A DNA stretch of 42,055 bases from Pseudobdellovibrionaceae bacterium (GCA_044359815.1 JBIKLL010000017.1:1-42055), one strand, 5' to 3'. Positions 17,628 to 27,755 are shown, numbered from the stretch's first letter. Numbers and translations are program-made. Notes: generated by a model not told the origin, from the letters alone.

Positions 17628-18071
17628 TTAATTACAAATCATCTCAAGGTTAATTCTTTTGCCGTTTTTAAAGACAAACTGAGCCTGAAACTGACCGCCG
17701 ATACTAAGAGTTTCAAAAGACGGAACCAAAATAAATATCAAATTTCTCAACGGCTCACCTAAGATTTTTATATCAGGAATCTTCTCGATAAACCGAAAGT
17801 CAACAGAGCTAATTATTTTTTTATCCTCTGTATTTAGAGTTCCATCTTCCTTAGAAAATCTCAGCAAATACTTCGCGCTGGCGGGTTGCTTTTCATTTCC
17901 CAAATAAACAGTGGTTTCTAAGTCAGTTTCTTCCGGAGTATAGTTTTTAAACAGCAGCTCAATTTTGTCGCTCTTAGTTTGACCGTATTCACGACAACTA
18001 AACTGAGCACCAAATGCAATCTCGCAAAATGAGCTGAATAAAAAGATAATGTGCAAAAATAAATACTTCAT
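17628..18071 (-). CDS. Hypothetical secreted protein (orphan)
   Basis: 147 aa ORF with a Sec-type signal (MKYLFLHIIFLFSSFCEIAFG-A) and a Cys near each end of the mature chain. No recognisable family. Confidence 0.65.
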   Translation of the reverse strand: MKYLFLHIIFLFSSFCEIAFGAQFSCREYGQTKSDKIELLFKNYTPEETDLETTVYLGNEKQPASAKYLLRFSKEDGTLNTEDKKIISSVDFRFIEKIPDIKILGEPLRNLIFILVPSFETLSIGGQFQAQFVFKNGKRINLEMICN

Positions 18072-18190
18072 CAGTGGATGACATTCCCAGCAGACTCTAA
18101 ATCAGTCAAACAAACCTTTAGCTGTAAAAAACTATCTAATTTCAGTGCCAAATAGGATCCAAAAGCATAAATTTACTCAATTAAAGGCTG

Positions 18191-18265
18191 ATGTATGTAT
18201 GTATGTATGTATGTATGTATGTATGTATGTATGTATGTATGTATGTATGTATGTATGTATGTATG
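18191..18265. repeat. Perfect tetranucleotide microsatellite (ATGT)18 + ATG
   Basis: Read directly from the sequence: 75 bp uninterrupted. Confidence 0.97.
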
Positions 18266-18274
18266 GGTTCAATG

Positions 18275-18296
18275 CTTCAGTCTTTAAAGACTAAAG
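18275..18296. repeat. Palindrome/hairpin adjacent to the microsatellite
   Basis: Perfect 14-bp palindrome AGTCTTTAAAGACT (18279-18292), extendable to CTT...AAG with a G-U pair on the minus strand. Confidence 0.5.
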
Positions 18297-18376
18297 ATTT
18301 CTTTAAGTATTTTCGCTTCAAAGAAAAAACAGAGTTTTATTTAATACTGAATCTTCAATTTTCTGCTAGTATTAAA

Positions 18377-18940
18377 CTATTGGTCTTCCAATGATTTCAG
18401 ATAATCCAAGGCATCTTTACTGGCCCAGTTCAACGTACCCACTACTTTTTTAACGATGCGACCTTTTTTGTCGATAATAAATGTTTCCGGAAGCCTGTCT
18501 ATTTTGAGTCGGTTTGAAAAATATTTGTCTTGGTCAAACACAATAGTAACACCTTCAGAATCTTTATCCGGAAATGCATCTAAAAATCTCTTAGCCTCAG
18601 CTTGATTTTGATCCATAGACACTGCCAACAAAGCAATTTTCCCATTGAAAAATTTCACGGCTTCAAACAGTGAGGGCATTTCTTCAACACATGGGGCACA
18701 CCAACTGGCCCATGCATTTAAAACAACCACTTTGTTTTTAAATTCTTCTTGAGTTACAGGATTTCCTGTCAAATCAGGGATACTGAATACGCCCAACCCA
18801 TCATTCTCGACAGTATCCAATGATTTAAATTTTTCGAATCCCTCTGAATTAAATGTCTGAGATCTCCAATAATAGAACCCTGTAGCCATAATTAGGGCCA
18901 CAAAGATCACAGCCATAGCAGCTTTAACGCTAATTTTCAT
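18377..18940 (-). CDS. TlpA/ResA-family thiol-disulfide oxidoreductase, membrane anchored
   Basis: N-terminal TM, VLNAWASWCAPCVEEMP, LPETFIIDKKG. Confidence 0.9.
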   Translation of the reverse strand: MKISVKAAMAVIFVALIMATGFYYWRSQTFNSEGFEKFKSLDTVENDGLGVFSIPDLTGNPVTQEEFKNKVVVLNAWASWCAPCVEEMPSLFEAVKFFNGKIALLAVSMDQNQAEAKRFLDAFPDKDSEGVTIVFDQDKYFSNRLKIDRLPETFIIDKKGRIVKKVVGTLNWASKDALDYLKSLEDQ

Positions 18941-19401
18941 TAGGCTCTTGCTTCAGCTTCGCTCTTTTTAGATTTAGCTTTAGGTGTTTTTGCTTTAGTC
19001 GATTTTTTGGCTACAGTTGCCTCAGGCTTAACTTTTGCCTTCCAATCGTAATTCACAAATTCCAAGAATGCCATTTCACTTCGATCACCAGGACGCTGAT
19101 CCAACTTAATGATTCTAGTATATCCACCGTTTCGCTCATTGAATTCTTTTGAAATCTCAGAAATTATCTTCTGAACAGTTTTTTCGTTAGGAATTCTGCT
19201 CAACAACAATCTTCTTGTAGCTACATCACCTTTTTTACCCAGGGTAATGATTGGCTCAATATGCCTTCTAAGTTCTTTAGCTTTAGAAACTGTTGTTCTA
19301 ATGCGACCGTGCTCCACCAAGGATATCATCAACCCTCTCAATAAAGCTTTGCGAGCATTAAATTTTCTACTGAAATATTTTGTTTTTCTTCTATGTCTCA
19401 T
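18940..19401 (-). CDS. rplQ: 50S ribosomal protein L17
   Basis: MRHR, IRTTVSKAKELR, RNGGYTRIIK; Lys-rich tail. Confidence 0.97.
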   Translation of the reverse strand: MRHRRKTKYFSRKFNARKALLRGLMISLVEHGRIRTTVSKAKELRRHIEPIITLGKKGDVATRRLLLSRIPNEKTVQKIISEISKEFNERNGGYTRIIKLDQRPGDRSEMAFLEFVNYDWKAKVKPEATVAKKSTKAKTPKAKSKKSEAEARA

Positions 19402-19416
19402 AAATTAGTACCAACC

Positions 19417-20448
19417 TTACTGTTGTTCCCTCTTAAATGGAGTGGCTGTATTAGGATCCCAACCTGGAGGCGGCCATCCTTCAATTTTCATTCCCAAACC
19501 CAAACCCATTTCAGATAAAATCTCTTTAATTTCATTAAGCGATTTTCTGCCGAAATTCTTTGTTTTTAACATTTCTGCTTCTGTTCTAACTACCAGCTCG
19601 CCAATAAACCTAATGTTAGCGTTTTTAAGGCAATTTGCACTTCTAACACTTAATTCCAAATCATCAACTGATCTGAACAAGTTTTCATTCAACGAAGGAT
19701 TTTTCATATCTTTTGATTCTTCGTTTGGCTCCAAAGTCTCATCAAAAGTTAAGAATATCTGCAATTGCTCTTTCATAATTTTAGAAGACAAAGACACAGC
19801 TTCTTCTGGTTTCAATGAACCATCAGTCCATACTTCCAATGCCAATGCATCGTAATCAGTTCTTTGACCAACACGAGCATTTGAAACTGAATAGTTTACT
19901 TTACGGATTGGACTGTGAAGAGCATCAACACCGATAAAACCAACTGGATAACTTTCATTTCTAATATCAGCAGAATCATAACCTCTTCCGAAAGTCACAA
20001 TTAGCTCAGCATTGAAATTTGCGCTGCCACCCAAAGTAGCTATGTGCTGATTCGGATTCAGAACTTCAACTTGATCTGTCAGTTGAATATCAGCAGCTGT
20101 CACTTTACCTGAACCTTTTTTATTGATTCTTAATGTCACTGGCTCAGATGAATACTGTCTAAATCGGACTTCCTTTAAATTCAAAATGATATCAGTAACA
20201 TCCTCTAGAACATCTGGGATGGTCGTAAACTCGTGCAAGACCCCTTCAAACTTCACAGCTGAAACAGCTGAGCCCATCATTGAGCTTAATAGGATTCGTC
20301 TCAGTGAATTACCTAAAGTCACTCCGAAACCTCGCTCAAGAGGTTTGACCGTGAACTTTGCGTAATCTTCCCTAAGACTTTCGCGATCTACTTCAAACCC
20401 TTTGGGTTTAATCAGATCTCTCCAAAATCGATAATAGTGCTCTTGCAT
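19417..20448 (-). CDS. rpoA: RNA polymerase alpha subunit
   Basis: [37 protein letters not shown]. Start reassigned to the ATG at 20448 (GGGAG SD). Confidence 0.98.
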   Translation of the reverse strand: MQEHYYRFWRDLIKPKGFEVDRESLREDYAKFTVKPLERGFGVTLGNSLRRILLSSMMGSAVSAVKFEGVLHEFTTIPDVLEDVTDIILNLKEVRFRQYSSEPVTLRINKKGSGKVTAADIQLTDQVEVLNPNQHIATLGGSANFNAELIVTFGRGYDSADIRNESYPVGFIGVDALHSPIRKVNYSVSNARVGQRTDYDALALEVWTDGSLKPEEAVSLSSKIMKEQLQIFLTFDETLEPNEESKDMKNPSLNENLFRSVDDLELSVRSANCLKNANIRFIGELVVRTEAEMLKTKNFGRKSLNEIKEILSEMGLGLGMKIEGWPPPGWDPNTATPFKREQQ

Positions 20449-20476
20449 AATCAGACTCCCATGATGACTAAAAAAG

Positions 20477-21103
20477 TTATCTTGAATAATACTCAACAAT
20501 CATATTTTCTTCGACTGGCAAAGAAACTTCTTCCCTAGTCGGCGCATCTTTCACAACACCTTTAAAAGCGCCATGATCAGCTTCTAACCAAGATGGCACT
20601 GTTCTTCTGGCAACAGCTTGTATAGCAGCCATGACTTTATTGTTTTCACGGCTTTTTTGCTTAACCTCAACTACATCACCTTTTTTTACGATTAAGCTTG
20701 GAATATTGGCTCTAATTCCATTTAGCATAATGTGATTGTGTTTAACTAACTGCCTTGCTTCCCGACGTGAGCTTGCAAATCCCAAAGTATAAACCACATT
20801 GTCCAATCGAGTTTCCAATAGTTTGAATAAAGCAGTTCCAGTCACATCTTTTGATCTTTCAGCTAAACTGAAATAGCGCCTAAACTGACGTTCACCCATT
20901 CCATAATATCTTTTAGCTTTTTGTTTTTCTCTTAACTGCAAAGCAAACTCAGAAAATTTCAATCGAGATTGTCCGTGCTGCCCCGGAGGATATGGCCTTC
21001 TTTCGAATGCACATTTATCTGTGAAACATCTATCTCCCTTAAGAAATAGTTTCGTATTTTCTCTTCTGCATAGCTTACAAACTGCGCTGTTTACACAACT
21101 CAC
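20477..21103 (-). CDS. rpsD: 30S ribosomal protein S4 (Zn-ribbon type)
   Basis: [15 protein letters not shown]...[18 protein letters not shown]. Start reassigned to the GTG at 21103 (AGGAG SD). Confidence 0.96.
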   Translation of the reverse strand: MSCVNSAVCKLCRRENTKLFLKGDRCFTDKCAFERRPYPPGQHGQSRLKFSEFALQLREKQKAKRYYGMGERQFRRYFSLAERSKDVTGTALFKLLETRLDNVVYTLGFASSRREARQLVKHNHIMLNGIRANIPSLIVKKGDVVEVKQKSRENNKVMAAIQAVARRTVPSWLEADHGAFKGVVKDAPTREEVSLPVEENMIVEYYSR

Positions 21104-21113
21104 AATATTCTCC

Positions 21114-21509
21114 TTAAATTCTTCTTCGTTTAGGTGGTCGGCAACCGTTATGAGGAATTGGCGTGATATCACTCAAAGTGTTGATTCTGATTCCAGCAGC
21201 TGCAATCGCTCTAACTGCGGGTTCACGACCGGCTCCAGGTCCGTTTAGGAACAAATCCACGCTTCTCATTCCAGCTTCTAATGCCTTTTTTGCAGCGTCT
21301 TCTGCAGCTACTTGTGCAGCGAACGGAGTACCTTTTCTGGAACCTTTAAAACCCAGGTTTCCAGCTGATGCCCAGGCGATAGTTCCACCAGCAGGGTCAG
21401 TCATGGTCACGATAATGTTTCCAAAACCAGCCTGAATATAACAGTTACCAGTTGGAACATTCCTCTTAACTTTTTTCTTAACTACTTTTTTATCTTTTTC
21501 AGTATTCAC
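21114..21509 (-). CDS. rpsK: 30S ribosomal protein S11
   Basis: [28 protein letters not shown]. Confidence 0.98.
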   Translation of the reverse strand: MNTEKDKKVVKKKVKRNVPTGNCYIQAGFGNIIVTMTDPAGGTIAWASAGNLGFKGSRKGTPFAAQVAAEDAAKKALEAGMRSVDLFLNGPGAGREPAVRAIAAAGIRINTLSDITPIPHNGCRPPKRRRI

Positions 21510-21523
21510 CTAACGACTCCCTA

Positions 21524-21898
21524 CTAGACTACTTTTTTCTTATTCGCGATTGTTTTACGAGGACCTTTTCTTGTACGAGCATTTGATCGAGTTCTTTGAC
21601 CTCTCACTGGTAAACCTTTTCTGTGTCTGATTCCTCGATAACAGTTAACATCCATCAATCTCTTGATCGACAATCCAGTTTCTCTTCTCAAGTCACCTTC
21701 AACTTTAAAGTTTGCTTCGATATAAGCACGAATTTTTGCAGCCTGTTCGTCTGTCAAATTATCAGTGCGCAGTTCAGATGGAATTCCAACGTTAGAGCAA
21801 ATCTCTTTCGCTCTGGTTTTGCCGATCCCGTAAATATAGGTCAGCGCAATTTCCATTCTCTTATTTCTTGGTAAATCTACTCCGGATAAACGAGCCAT
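21524..21898 (-). CDS. rpsM: 30S ribosomal protein S13
   Basis: [23 protein letters not shown]. Confidence 0.98.
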   Translation of the reverse strand: MARLSGVDLPRNKRMEIALTYIYGIGKTRAKEICSNVGIPSELRTDNLTDEQAAKIRAYIEANFKVEGDLRRETGLSIKRLMDVNCYRGIRHRKGLPVRGQRTRSNARTRKGPRKTIANKKKVV

Positions 21899-21902
21899 CT
21901 AG

Positions 21903-22016
21903 CTATCCTTGTCTCTGTTTGTGTTTAGAATTTTCGCAAATCACTCTGATTACGCCTTTTCTTTTTATCACTTTACATTTGTTGCAAATTTTTTTTACTG
22001 AAGGTCGTACTTTCAT
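21903..22016 (-). CDS. rpmJ: 50S ribosomal protein L36 (not in the ORF track, below its size cutoff)
   Basis: Manual translation gives [43 protein letters not shown] upstream. Confidence 0.97.
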   Translation of the reverse strand: MKVRPSVKKICNKCKVIKRKGVIRVICENSKHKQRQG

Positions 22017-22125
22017 TTTGTTTCCTCAAATTTAATTCATAAAAATTATTAAGAATCTTGCCCTAAACCGAGCTAGAAACCATATCATTTACGAACAGTC
22101 AATGTCTATAAAAACAACTCTACCT

Positions 22126-22767
22126 TTATGCTCTAAAAAGCTTTTCAATACTCTTAAAAATCACTTCTGTTTCGCCCACTCCATTTACAATTTCGCACTT
22201 CTTCTGATTCAAATAAAACTCCTTCAATGGAAGTGTATTTTCAGAATAAGTTTCCAATCTCTTGCTGATGACAGTTTCTTTGTCATCTTCTCTTTGAACC
22301 AACTCAGATCCACAATTGTCGCAAATATCTGATATTTTTGGTTTTTTAGACTGCACATGGAAAATGGATCCACATTTTCTACATGTTCTACGCCCCGTCA
22401 ACCTACTCATCAATTCAGTCTTCGGAACATCTATAAAAACCGCTTTCTCAATTTTTAAGTTCATTTCATTGAGCATCGAGTCCAAAGACTCAGCTTGCTT
22501 AGCATTTCTTGGAAATCCATCCAAAATAAAGCTCTTGCCCTTTAATCCACTCAAAACGTCTTTAACCATCGCAATGGTAACGTTATCAGGTACCAGAAGC
22601 CCTTTATCCATGTAACCCTGTGCCTCTAGTCCTAAACTGGTTCCATTTTTAATATTACTTCGGAACAAATCACCCGTGGAAATCTGAACCATTTTCAATC
22701 TTTCAACTAACAAAGCAGACTGAGTCCCCTTGCCAGCCCCTGGTGGGCCAAAGAGCACAATGTTCAT
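22126..22767 (-). CDS. adk: Adenylate kinase with Zn-finger LID
   Basis: GPPGAGKGTQ, LDGFPR, CRKC...CDNC, QREDD. Confidence 0.97.
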   Translation of the reverse strand: MNIVLFGPPGAGKGTQSALLVERLKMVQISTGDLFRSNIKNGTSLGLEAQGYMDKGLLVPDNVTIAMVKDVLSGLKGKSFILDGFPRNAKQAESLDSMLNEMNLKIEKAVFIDVPKTELMSRLTGRRTCRKCGSIFHVQSKKPKISDICDNCGSELVQREDDKETVISKRLETYSENTLPLKEFYLNQKKCEIVNGVGETEVIFKSIEKLFRA

Positions 22768-24086
22768 TAATATTGTACCCTTCTACTTCTGATTTTAGCC
22801 CCTTTCATAAGGCCTTCATATTTTTGAGTCAGCAAGTAGGATTGAATCTGTTGAGAAGTATCAAGTGCGACTCCAACCAAAATCAGCAAACTAGTACCCC
22901 CAAAATAAAATGGGATGTTTGCCATACTGGTTAAAACTCCTGGCATAATGCAAATCACACTCAAATAAGTTGCACCGCCAACATTCACCCTGTCTAAAAC
23001 TTTTTTAATATAGTCCGCAGTGCTTTTTCCGGCTCTAACTCCTGGAATAAATCCACCATATTTTTTCAAATTATCAGCTACTTCGTTCGGATTAAAGACA
23101 ATCTCAGTATAGAAAAAACTGAAAAAGATAATTAATGAAACAAACAGAATATTGTAAATAGGGCCATTTGGTGACAAGTGCTCTTGAAAATTCTTAAGCC
23201 AAGCAGCTTCAGAAAATTGCGCTGCCGTAGCCGGAAACATCAATAATGAGCTTGCAAAAATTGGCGGGATCACTCCAGAAAAATTAATTTTAATTGGCAA
23301 ATGACTTGAGGGCGTTGCCATTGACTGCATACCAGCACCCCGCTGAGAATACTGAATCGGTATTCTTCGCTGAGCAACTTCCATAAAGATCACCGCAGCA
23401 ATAATTAACACCATAAACACGACTAAGCCCAAAACAACTGCTGAGCTCATTTCGCCATTTTTTAATAGTGTCCAAAGTTGCTGAGCACCACCAGGAATTG
23501 AAGACGCAATACCAGTGAAAATGATCAAAGATGCTCCATTTCCAATTCCTTTTTCAGTAATCTGCTCACCAAGCCACATTACAAAACATGTTCCTGCCGT
23601 TAGGGTTAACACTGTCATCACTTTGAAAGGAACAAAGCCAACAATAGGGGCAACCACTAGAGCCCTTTGATCAGGACTCACTGAACTCACTAGCCAAGTG
23701 CTAATAGCGCTACCTTGAATAACTGCCAAAACTACGGTTGCGTACCGAGTGTATTGATTAATTTTTTTTCGACCTTGCTCGCCCTCTTTTTTTAATGACT
23801 CTAAATATGGGATTGCAGAAGCCAAAACTTGGAAAATAATTGAAGCAGAAATGTAAGGCATAATGCCTAATGCGAAAATCGAAAACTGTGAAAGCGCTCC
23901 GCCAGAGAAAGTATTGAACAGTCCAAAAATGCTTCCGCTTTGTGCCGAAAAAAACGCCATTACGGCATTCGAATCAACTCCTGGAGTCGGCACATGAACA
24001 CCAATCCTGTAGACAGCCAACATGGCAATTGTAAAAAGAATTCGTCTTGAAAGATCATTCGACTTTGAAGCTTCTGCTGTAGCCAC
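22767..24086 (-). CDS. secY: Preprotein translocase SecY
   Basis: SIFALGIMPYISASII, WLGEQITEKGIGNG, FIPGVRAG, GGTSLLI. Confidence 0.98.
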   Translation of the reverse strand: MATAEASKSNDLSRRILFTIAMLAVYRIGVHVPTPGVDSNAVMAFFSAQSGSIFGLFNTFSGGALSQFSIFALGIMPYISASIIFQVLASAIPYLESLKKEGEQGRKKINQYTRYATVVLAVIQGSAISTWLVSSVSPDQRALVVAPIVGFVPFKVMTVLTLTAGTCFVMWLGEQITEKGIGNGASLIIFTGIASSIPGGAQQLWTLLKNGEMSSAVVLGLVVFMVLIIAAVIFMEVAQRRIPIQYSQRGAGMQSMATPSSHLPIKINFSGVIPPIFASSLLMFPATAAQFSEAAWLKNFQEHLSPNGPIYNILFVSLIIFFSFFYTEIVFNPNEVADNLKKYGGFIPGVRAGKSTADYIKKVLDRVNVGGATYLSVICIMPGVLTSMANIPFYFGGTSLLILVGVALDTSQQIQSYLLTQKYEGLMKGAKIRSRRVQY

Positions 24087-24523
24087 TATTTAATTACCTC
24101 TGCTTTGCCACCTGCTTTTTCAATTGCAGACTTCGCTTTTTCTGAGAATTTATGGGCCTTAACCGTGATTGCTGCATTCAGCTCACCATTTCCTAAAACC
24201 TTAATTAGTTTTCTTTTCATTTTACCGGCTTTTTTTAGAATTTCGGGATTCACTTCGCCTTTAAATGAATTTAAATCTGAAAGATTAATCACAGAATACT
24301 TCGTTTCAAAATCCTTATTATTAAATCCAAACTTTGGAACTCTTCTAATCAATGGACTTTGACCGCCTTCAAATCCTCTTCTAACTTTACCGCCAGAACG
24401 AGCCAGCTGCCCTTTGTTACCCTTACCAGAGGTTTGCCCTAAACCCGATCCTCGACCTCTACCTACTCTTTTTCTATAGTGCTTAGCACCTTTTGCTGAT
24501 CTTAATTTTGACAGTAAACTCAT
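24086..24523 (-). CDS. rplO: 50S ribosomal protein L15
   Basis: RVGRGRGSG, GFEGGQSPL. Confidence 0.97.
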   Translation of the reverse strand: MSLLSKLRSAKGAKHYRKRVGRGRGSGLGQTSGKGNKGQLARSGGKVRRGFEGGQSPLIRRVPKFGFNNKDFETKYSVINLSDLNSFKGEVNPEILKKAGKMKRKLIKVLGNGELNAAITVKAHKFSEKAKSAIEKAGGKAEVIK

Positions 24524-24526
24524 TTT

Positions 24527-24712
24527 CTACCTCTGAATTTCGACTTCTACTAAATGTTGAATTTTTCGGATTTGCCCGCGATTCGCAGGGTTATCATTTA
24601 CCACTACAGATTTTCCACGACTCTTAATCCCAAGAGCATTTATTGTTGCAATCTGAGTTTCCGTGCAACCGATTATTGATTTGATTAATTTTACACTAAA
24701 TTTTTTCGCCAT
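24527..24712 (-). CDS. rpmD: 50S ribosomal protein L30
   Basis: LIKSIIG...LG, DNPANRGQI..HLV; position between rpsE and rplO. Confidence 0.95.
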   Translation of the reverse strand: MAKKFSVKLIKSIIGCTETQIATINALGIKSRGKSVVVNDNPANRGQIRKIQHLVEVEIQR

Positions 24713-24721
24713 AAAAACCTA

Positions 24722-25177
24722 CTAAACTTTCTCAACTTGTCGCAGTTGCCTTAAACCATCAAGAGTGGCCCTGACTGCATTGTGAGGATTTCTTGTCCCC
24801 ACACATTTTGTTAAAATGTCTTTCACACCAACTGATTCCAAAACTGATCGTACTGCACCACCAGCAATAACGCCCGTACCAGGGGCTGCGGGTCTCATAA
24901 CAACTTTAGCTGCTCCAAAAGTACCAATCACCTCATGAGGAATAGTGCTACCTTTAAGAGAAATGCCAAAAGCATTCTTTTTAGCGCTTCTGCCAGCTTT
25001 CCCGATGGCTTCCGGAACCTCACCCGCTTTACCACTGCCAAAACCCACTGTTCCTACACCATTGCCAACTACGACTAGGGCAGCAAAAGAAAATCTACGT
25101 CCGCCTTTCACAACCTTTGTTACTCGGTTTATCGCTACTACTCTCTCTTCATAATCACCTAAAAGTTTTTCCACCAA
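24722..25177 (-). CDS. rpsE: 30S ribosomal protein S5
   Basis: [25 protein letters not shown]. Start is TTG 25177 or GTG 25174. Confidence 0.97.
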   Translation of the reverse strand: MVEKLLGDYEERVVAINRVTKVVKGGRRFSFAALVVVGNGVGTVGFGSGKAGEVPEAIGKAGRSAKKNAFGISLKGSTIPHEVIGTFGAAKVVMRPAAPGTGVIAGGAVRSVLESVGVKDILTKCVGTRNPHNAVRATLDGLRQLRQVEKV

Positions 25178-25184
25178 TTACTCC

Positions 25185-25553
25185 TTAAAATTTTAATCCA
25201 GCTTCACGTGCGCCCTCAGCTAAAGCCCTGATCCTTCCATGGTATTGAAAACCATTTCTATCAAATACAACTTCACTGATATTTTTTGATTTAGCTAGTT
25301 TAGCTATTTCAGCGCCAACTTTCTTGGCCTGCTCTACGCCTTTGTCTTTACCTTCGAATTTTAACGACGAGCTAGCCAACAATGTCTTTCCTGAAACATC
25401 GTCTACCAACTGAGCATAAATATGCTTAGCACTCTTGAACACGCTCATTCGTGGCTTTTCACCATTACCTGATATTTTTTTTCTAACTCGCATTTTTTTG
25501 ACTAATCGTGAATTAAGTCGGTCGCTTGAACGTTTTTTTATTGTTAGTCTCAT
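25185..25553 (-). CDS. rplR: 50S ribosomal protein L18
   Basis: [26 protein letters not shown]. Confidence 0.97.
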   Translation of the reverse strand: MRLTIKKRSSDRLNSRLVKKMRVRKKISGNGEKPRMSVFKSAKHIYAQLVDDVSGKTLLASSSLKFEGKDKGVEQAKKVGAEIAKLAKSKNISEVVFDRNGFQYHGRIRALAEGAREAGLKF

Positions 25554-25564
25554 TTTAAAAACCT

Positions 25565-26107
25565 CTATTTAGTGGCTGATTTTCCAGCTTTTCTTCTAAT
25601 ATGTTCACCTTGATATCTCACACCTTTGCCCAAATAAGGCTCTGGCGGTCTAAAACTTCTAATTTTGCTAGCCACTTGGCCAACAAGCTCTTTGCTTGGC
25701 CCTGTAACACTAATAAGCGTTTGCTTATCTACCTTTATTTCAATGCCTTCAGGAATTGCAAAGCTGATTGGATGACTGAATCCCAAAGAGAGCTCCAGTT
25801 TTTTACCAGCAACATTTGCTCTATACCCTACACCGTGAAGTTCAAGTATCCGACTAAATCCTACGGAAACTCCAGTCACTGCATTTTGAATCAAAGCTCT
25901 GTACATTCCGTGCATTGCTTTAATTTCTTTGTCTTCTGATTTACGAATCAAAGTGATTTTTTTACCTTCAATTTTCGCTTCTACAGAAGTGTTCATAGCA
26001 ATTTTCAAATTATGCTTTGGACCCTTAACGACAACTTCATTCTGTGGAGTGATCGAGACCTGAGTCTTATCATCCAAATATATTATTGCTCTACCGATTC
26101 TTGACAT
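25565..26107 (-). CDS. rplF: 50S ribosomal protein L6
   Basis: [23 protein letters not shown]. Confidence 0.98.
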   Translation of the reverse strand: MSRIGRAIIYLDDKTQVSITPQNEVVVKGPKHNLKIAMNTSVEAKIEGKKITLIRKSEDKEIKAMHGMYRALIQNAVTGVSVGFSRILELHGVGYRANVAGKKLELSLGFSHPISFAIPEGIEIKVDKQTLISVTGPSKELVGQVASKIRSFRPPEPYLGKGVRYQGEHIRRKAGKSATK

Positions 26108-26113
26108 ATTTAC

Positions 26114-26503
26114 CTACCAAACCTTGCAAATGATTTCGCCACCAAGATTCATCCTTTTGGCTTCATTTCCATTCATAATTCCCTGATTAGTACTTAAAAT
26201 TGTAATACCTAAACCTGAACGAACCTCGGGAATTTCTAATGATTTAACATAAATTCTTCGCCCGGGTCGACTCACTCGAGAAATTGCTGAAATCGCATGT
26301 TCTCCATTTTCATTATACTTCAGGTAGATTCTCATAAATCCCTGCTTTGAATCTTTCGCTGTTTTAAAGCTTCTTATAAAACCTGAGCTAACTAAAATGT
26401 TTGCCACACCTTCACGAAACTTTGACGAAGGGATGTCAACTTTCTCGTGCCTGGCATCTCCAGCATTTCTTATTCTTGTTAAAAATTCTGAAACTGTATC
26501 CAT
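26114..26503 (-). CDS. rpsH: 30S ribosomal protein S8
   Basis: LTRIRNA, RVSRPGRRIY, GGEIICKVW. Start reassigned to the ATG at 26503 (AGGAG SD). Confidence 0.97.
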   Translation of the reverse strand: MDTVSEFLTRIRNAGDARHEKVDIPSSKFREGVANILVSSGFIRSFKTAKDSKQGFMRIYLKYNENGEHAISAISRVSRPGRRIYVKSLEIPEVRSGLGITILSTNQGIMNGNEAKRMNLGGEIICKVW

Positions 26504-26514
26504 TCTTACTCCTA

Positions 26515-26820
26515 TTACCAACTTGCTTTCGTAACGCCCGGCAGTTTTCCTACTAATGCTAATTCTCTAAATTTCATTCTAGACAGTCCAAATTTTCTGT
26601 AATTTCCTCGCGGCCTTCCAGTTAATTTACATCTGGTAGTGACTCGATTTATGGACGTATTTCTTGGCAAAGCCTGTAGCTTTTTACGAGCCAAATCTTT
26701 TTCCTCATCAGATGCTTTAACATCAACGGCTTTCTCTCTTAACTGCTTTCTGTACTCAAAATACTTAAGAGAAATTCTTAATTTTTTATCATTTTTTTCA
26801 ATACTTGCTTTTCTAGCCAA
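26515..26820 (-). CDS. rpsN: 30S ribosomal protein S14 (101-aa Zn-independent type)
   Basis: [26 protein letters not shown]. Confidence 0.97.
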   Translation of the reverse strand: MARKASIEKNDKKLRISLKYFEYRKQLREKAVDVKASDEEKDLARKKLQALPRNTSINRVTTRCKLTGRPRGNYRKFGLSRMKFRELALVGKLPGVTKASW

Positions 26821-26833
26821 ATGTCACCTTCCT

Positions 26834-27373
26834 TTATTTTCTAAACGGCATTCCAAGGGCTTCCAAAAGCGCTTTTCCCTGAGCATCGTTTTTTGCAGAT
26901 GTGCAAATTGTGATGTTCATTCCTCTCACTTTTTCAACTCTTTCATAATTGATTTCAGGAAATACGATCTGTTCCTTTAACCCCATGTTGTAATTCCCTC
27001 TTCCATCAAACCCTTTTCCAGGCAGACCTCTAAAGTCTCTCACTCGAGGAAGCGCCAATGTGGTCAGTCTATCTAAAAATGCCCACATTTTATGCCTTCT
27101 CAATGTCACTCTCACACCAATCGCCAAGCCTTCTCTGATCTTAAAATTTGAAATGGCTTTTTTTGCTTTTGTTATGACAGCCTTCTGACCAGTGATTGCT
27201 GTTATTTCATCAACAACTGATGGCAAGATTTTCTGATTCTGAACCGCTTCACTGGTGCAAACAGAAATAATTATCTTTTCCAGCTTTGGAACTTCCATAG
27301 TGTTTTTAAGTCCTAACTGTTGCTTAAGACTGCTTAAAATTTCTTTGTTATATCTCTCTTGGAGTCTGTTCAT
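26834..27373 (-). CDS. rplE: 50S ribosomal protein L5
   Basis: [22 protein letters not shown]. Confidence 0.98.
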   Translation of the reverse strand: MNRLQERYNKEILSSLKQQLGLKNTMEVPKLEKIIISVCTSEAVQNQKILPSVVDEITAITGQKAVITKAKKAISNFKIREGLAIGVRVTLRRHKMWAFLDRLTTLALPRVRDFRGLPGKGFDGRGNYNMGLKEQIVFPEINYERVEKVRGMNITICTSAKNDAQGKALLEALGMPFRK

Positions 27374-27380
27374 TTTTTCC

Positions 27381-27749
27381 TCACAATACTTCTGGTGCCA
27401 ACGAAACTATTTTCAAGAATTGCTTAGCTCTCAATTCTCTTGCCACTGGTCCAAAAATCCTTGTTCCAATAGGTTCGTTGGATGCATTAATCAAAACAGC
27501 CGCATTATCATCGAATCTAATGTAACTACCATCGGGTCTTCTCAGCTTCTGAACTGTTCTAACGACCACAGCTTTGGCGACTTCACCCTTTTTCGCTTTT
27601 GAACTTGGGATAGCATCTTTTACTGATACAATGATAATATCGCCAATTGATGCGCTTCTTCTCTTTGAGCCACCAAGTACTTTTACACACATGACTTCTT
27701 TGGCTCCCGAATTATCTGCTACATTTAATCTAGTTTGCATTTGAATCAT
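27381..27749 (-). CDS. rplN: 50S ribosomal protein L14
   Basis: [27 protein letters not shown]. Confidence 0.98.
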   Translation of the reverse strand: MIQMQTRLNVADNSGAKEVMCVKVLGGSKRRSASIGDIIIVSVKDAIPSSKAKKGEVAKAVVVRTVQKLRRPDGSYIRFDDNAAVLINASNEPIGTRIFGPVARELRAKQFLKIVSLAPEVL

Positions 27750-27755
27750 AAATAT

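Noticed and set aside
17215..18071. Type III toxin-antitoxin locus (repeat RNA plus toxin)
   Set aside because: The only adjacent small ORF has the repeats at its 3' end rather than upstream and carries a signal peptide, unlike ToxN/CptN/TenpN.
18072..18265. Frameshift-type phase variation of the orphan gene by the microsatellite
   Set aside because: An in-frame TGA (18104-18102, minus strand) lies between the tract and the ATG.
18191..18394. 67-aa ORF (MYVC)n
   Set aside because: A by-product of the stop-free ATGT tract; it has no plausible protein character and overlaps the tlpA 3' end in antisense.
20449..21172. Extended N-termini of rpoA (20499) and rpsD (21172), likewise rpsH (26521), given by the ORF track
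   Set aside because: They overlap upstream genes; downstream starts have clear SD sequences and family-typical N-termini.
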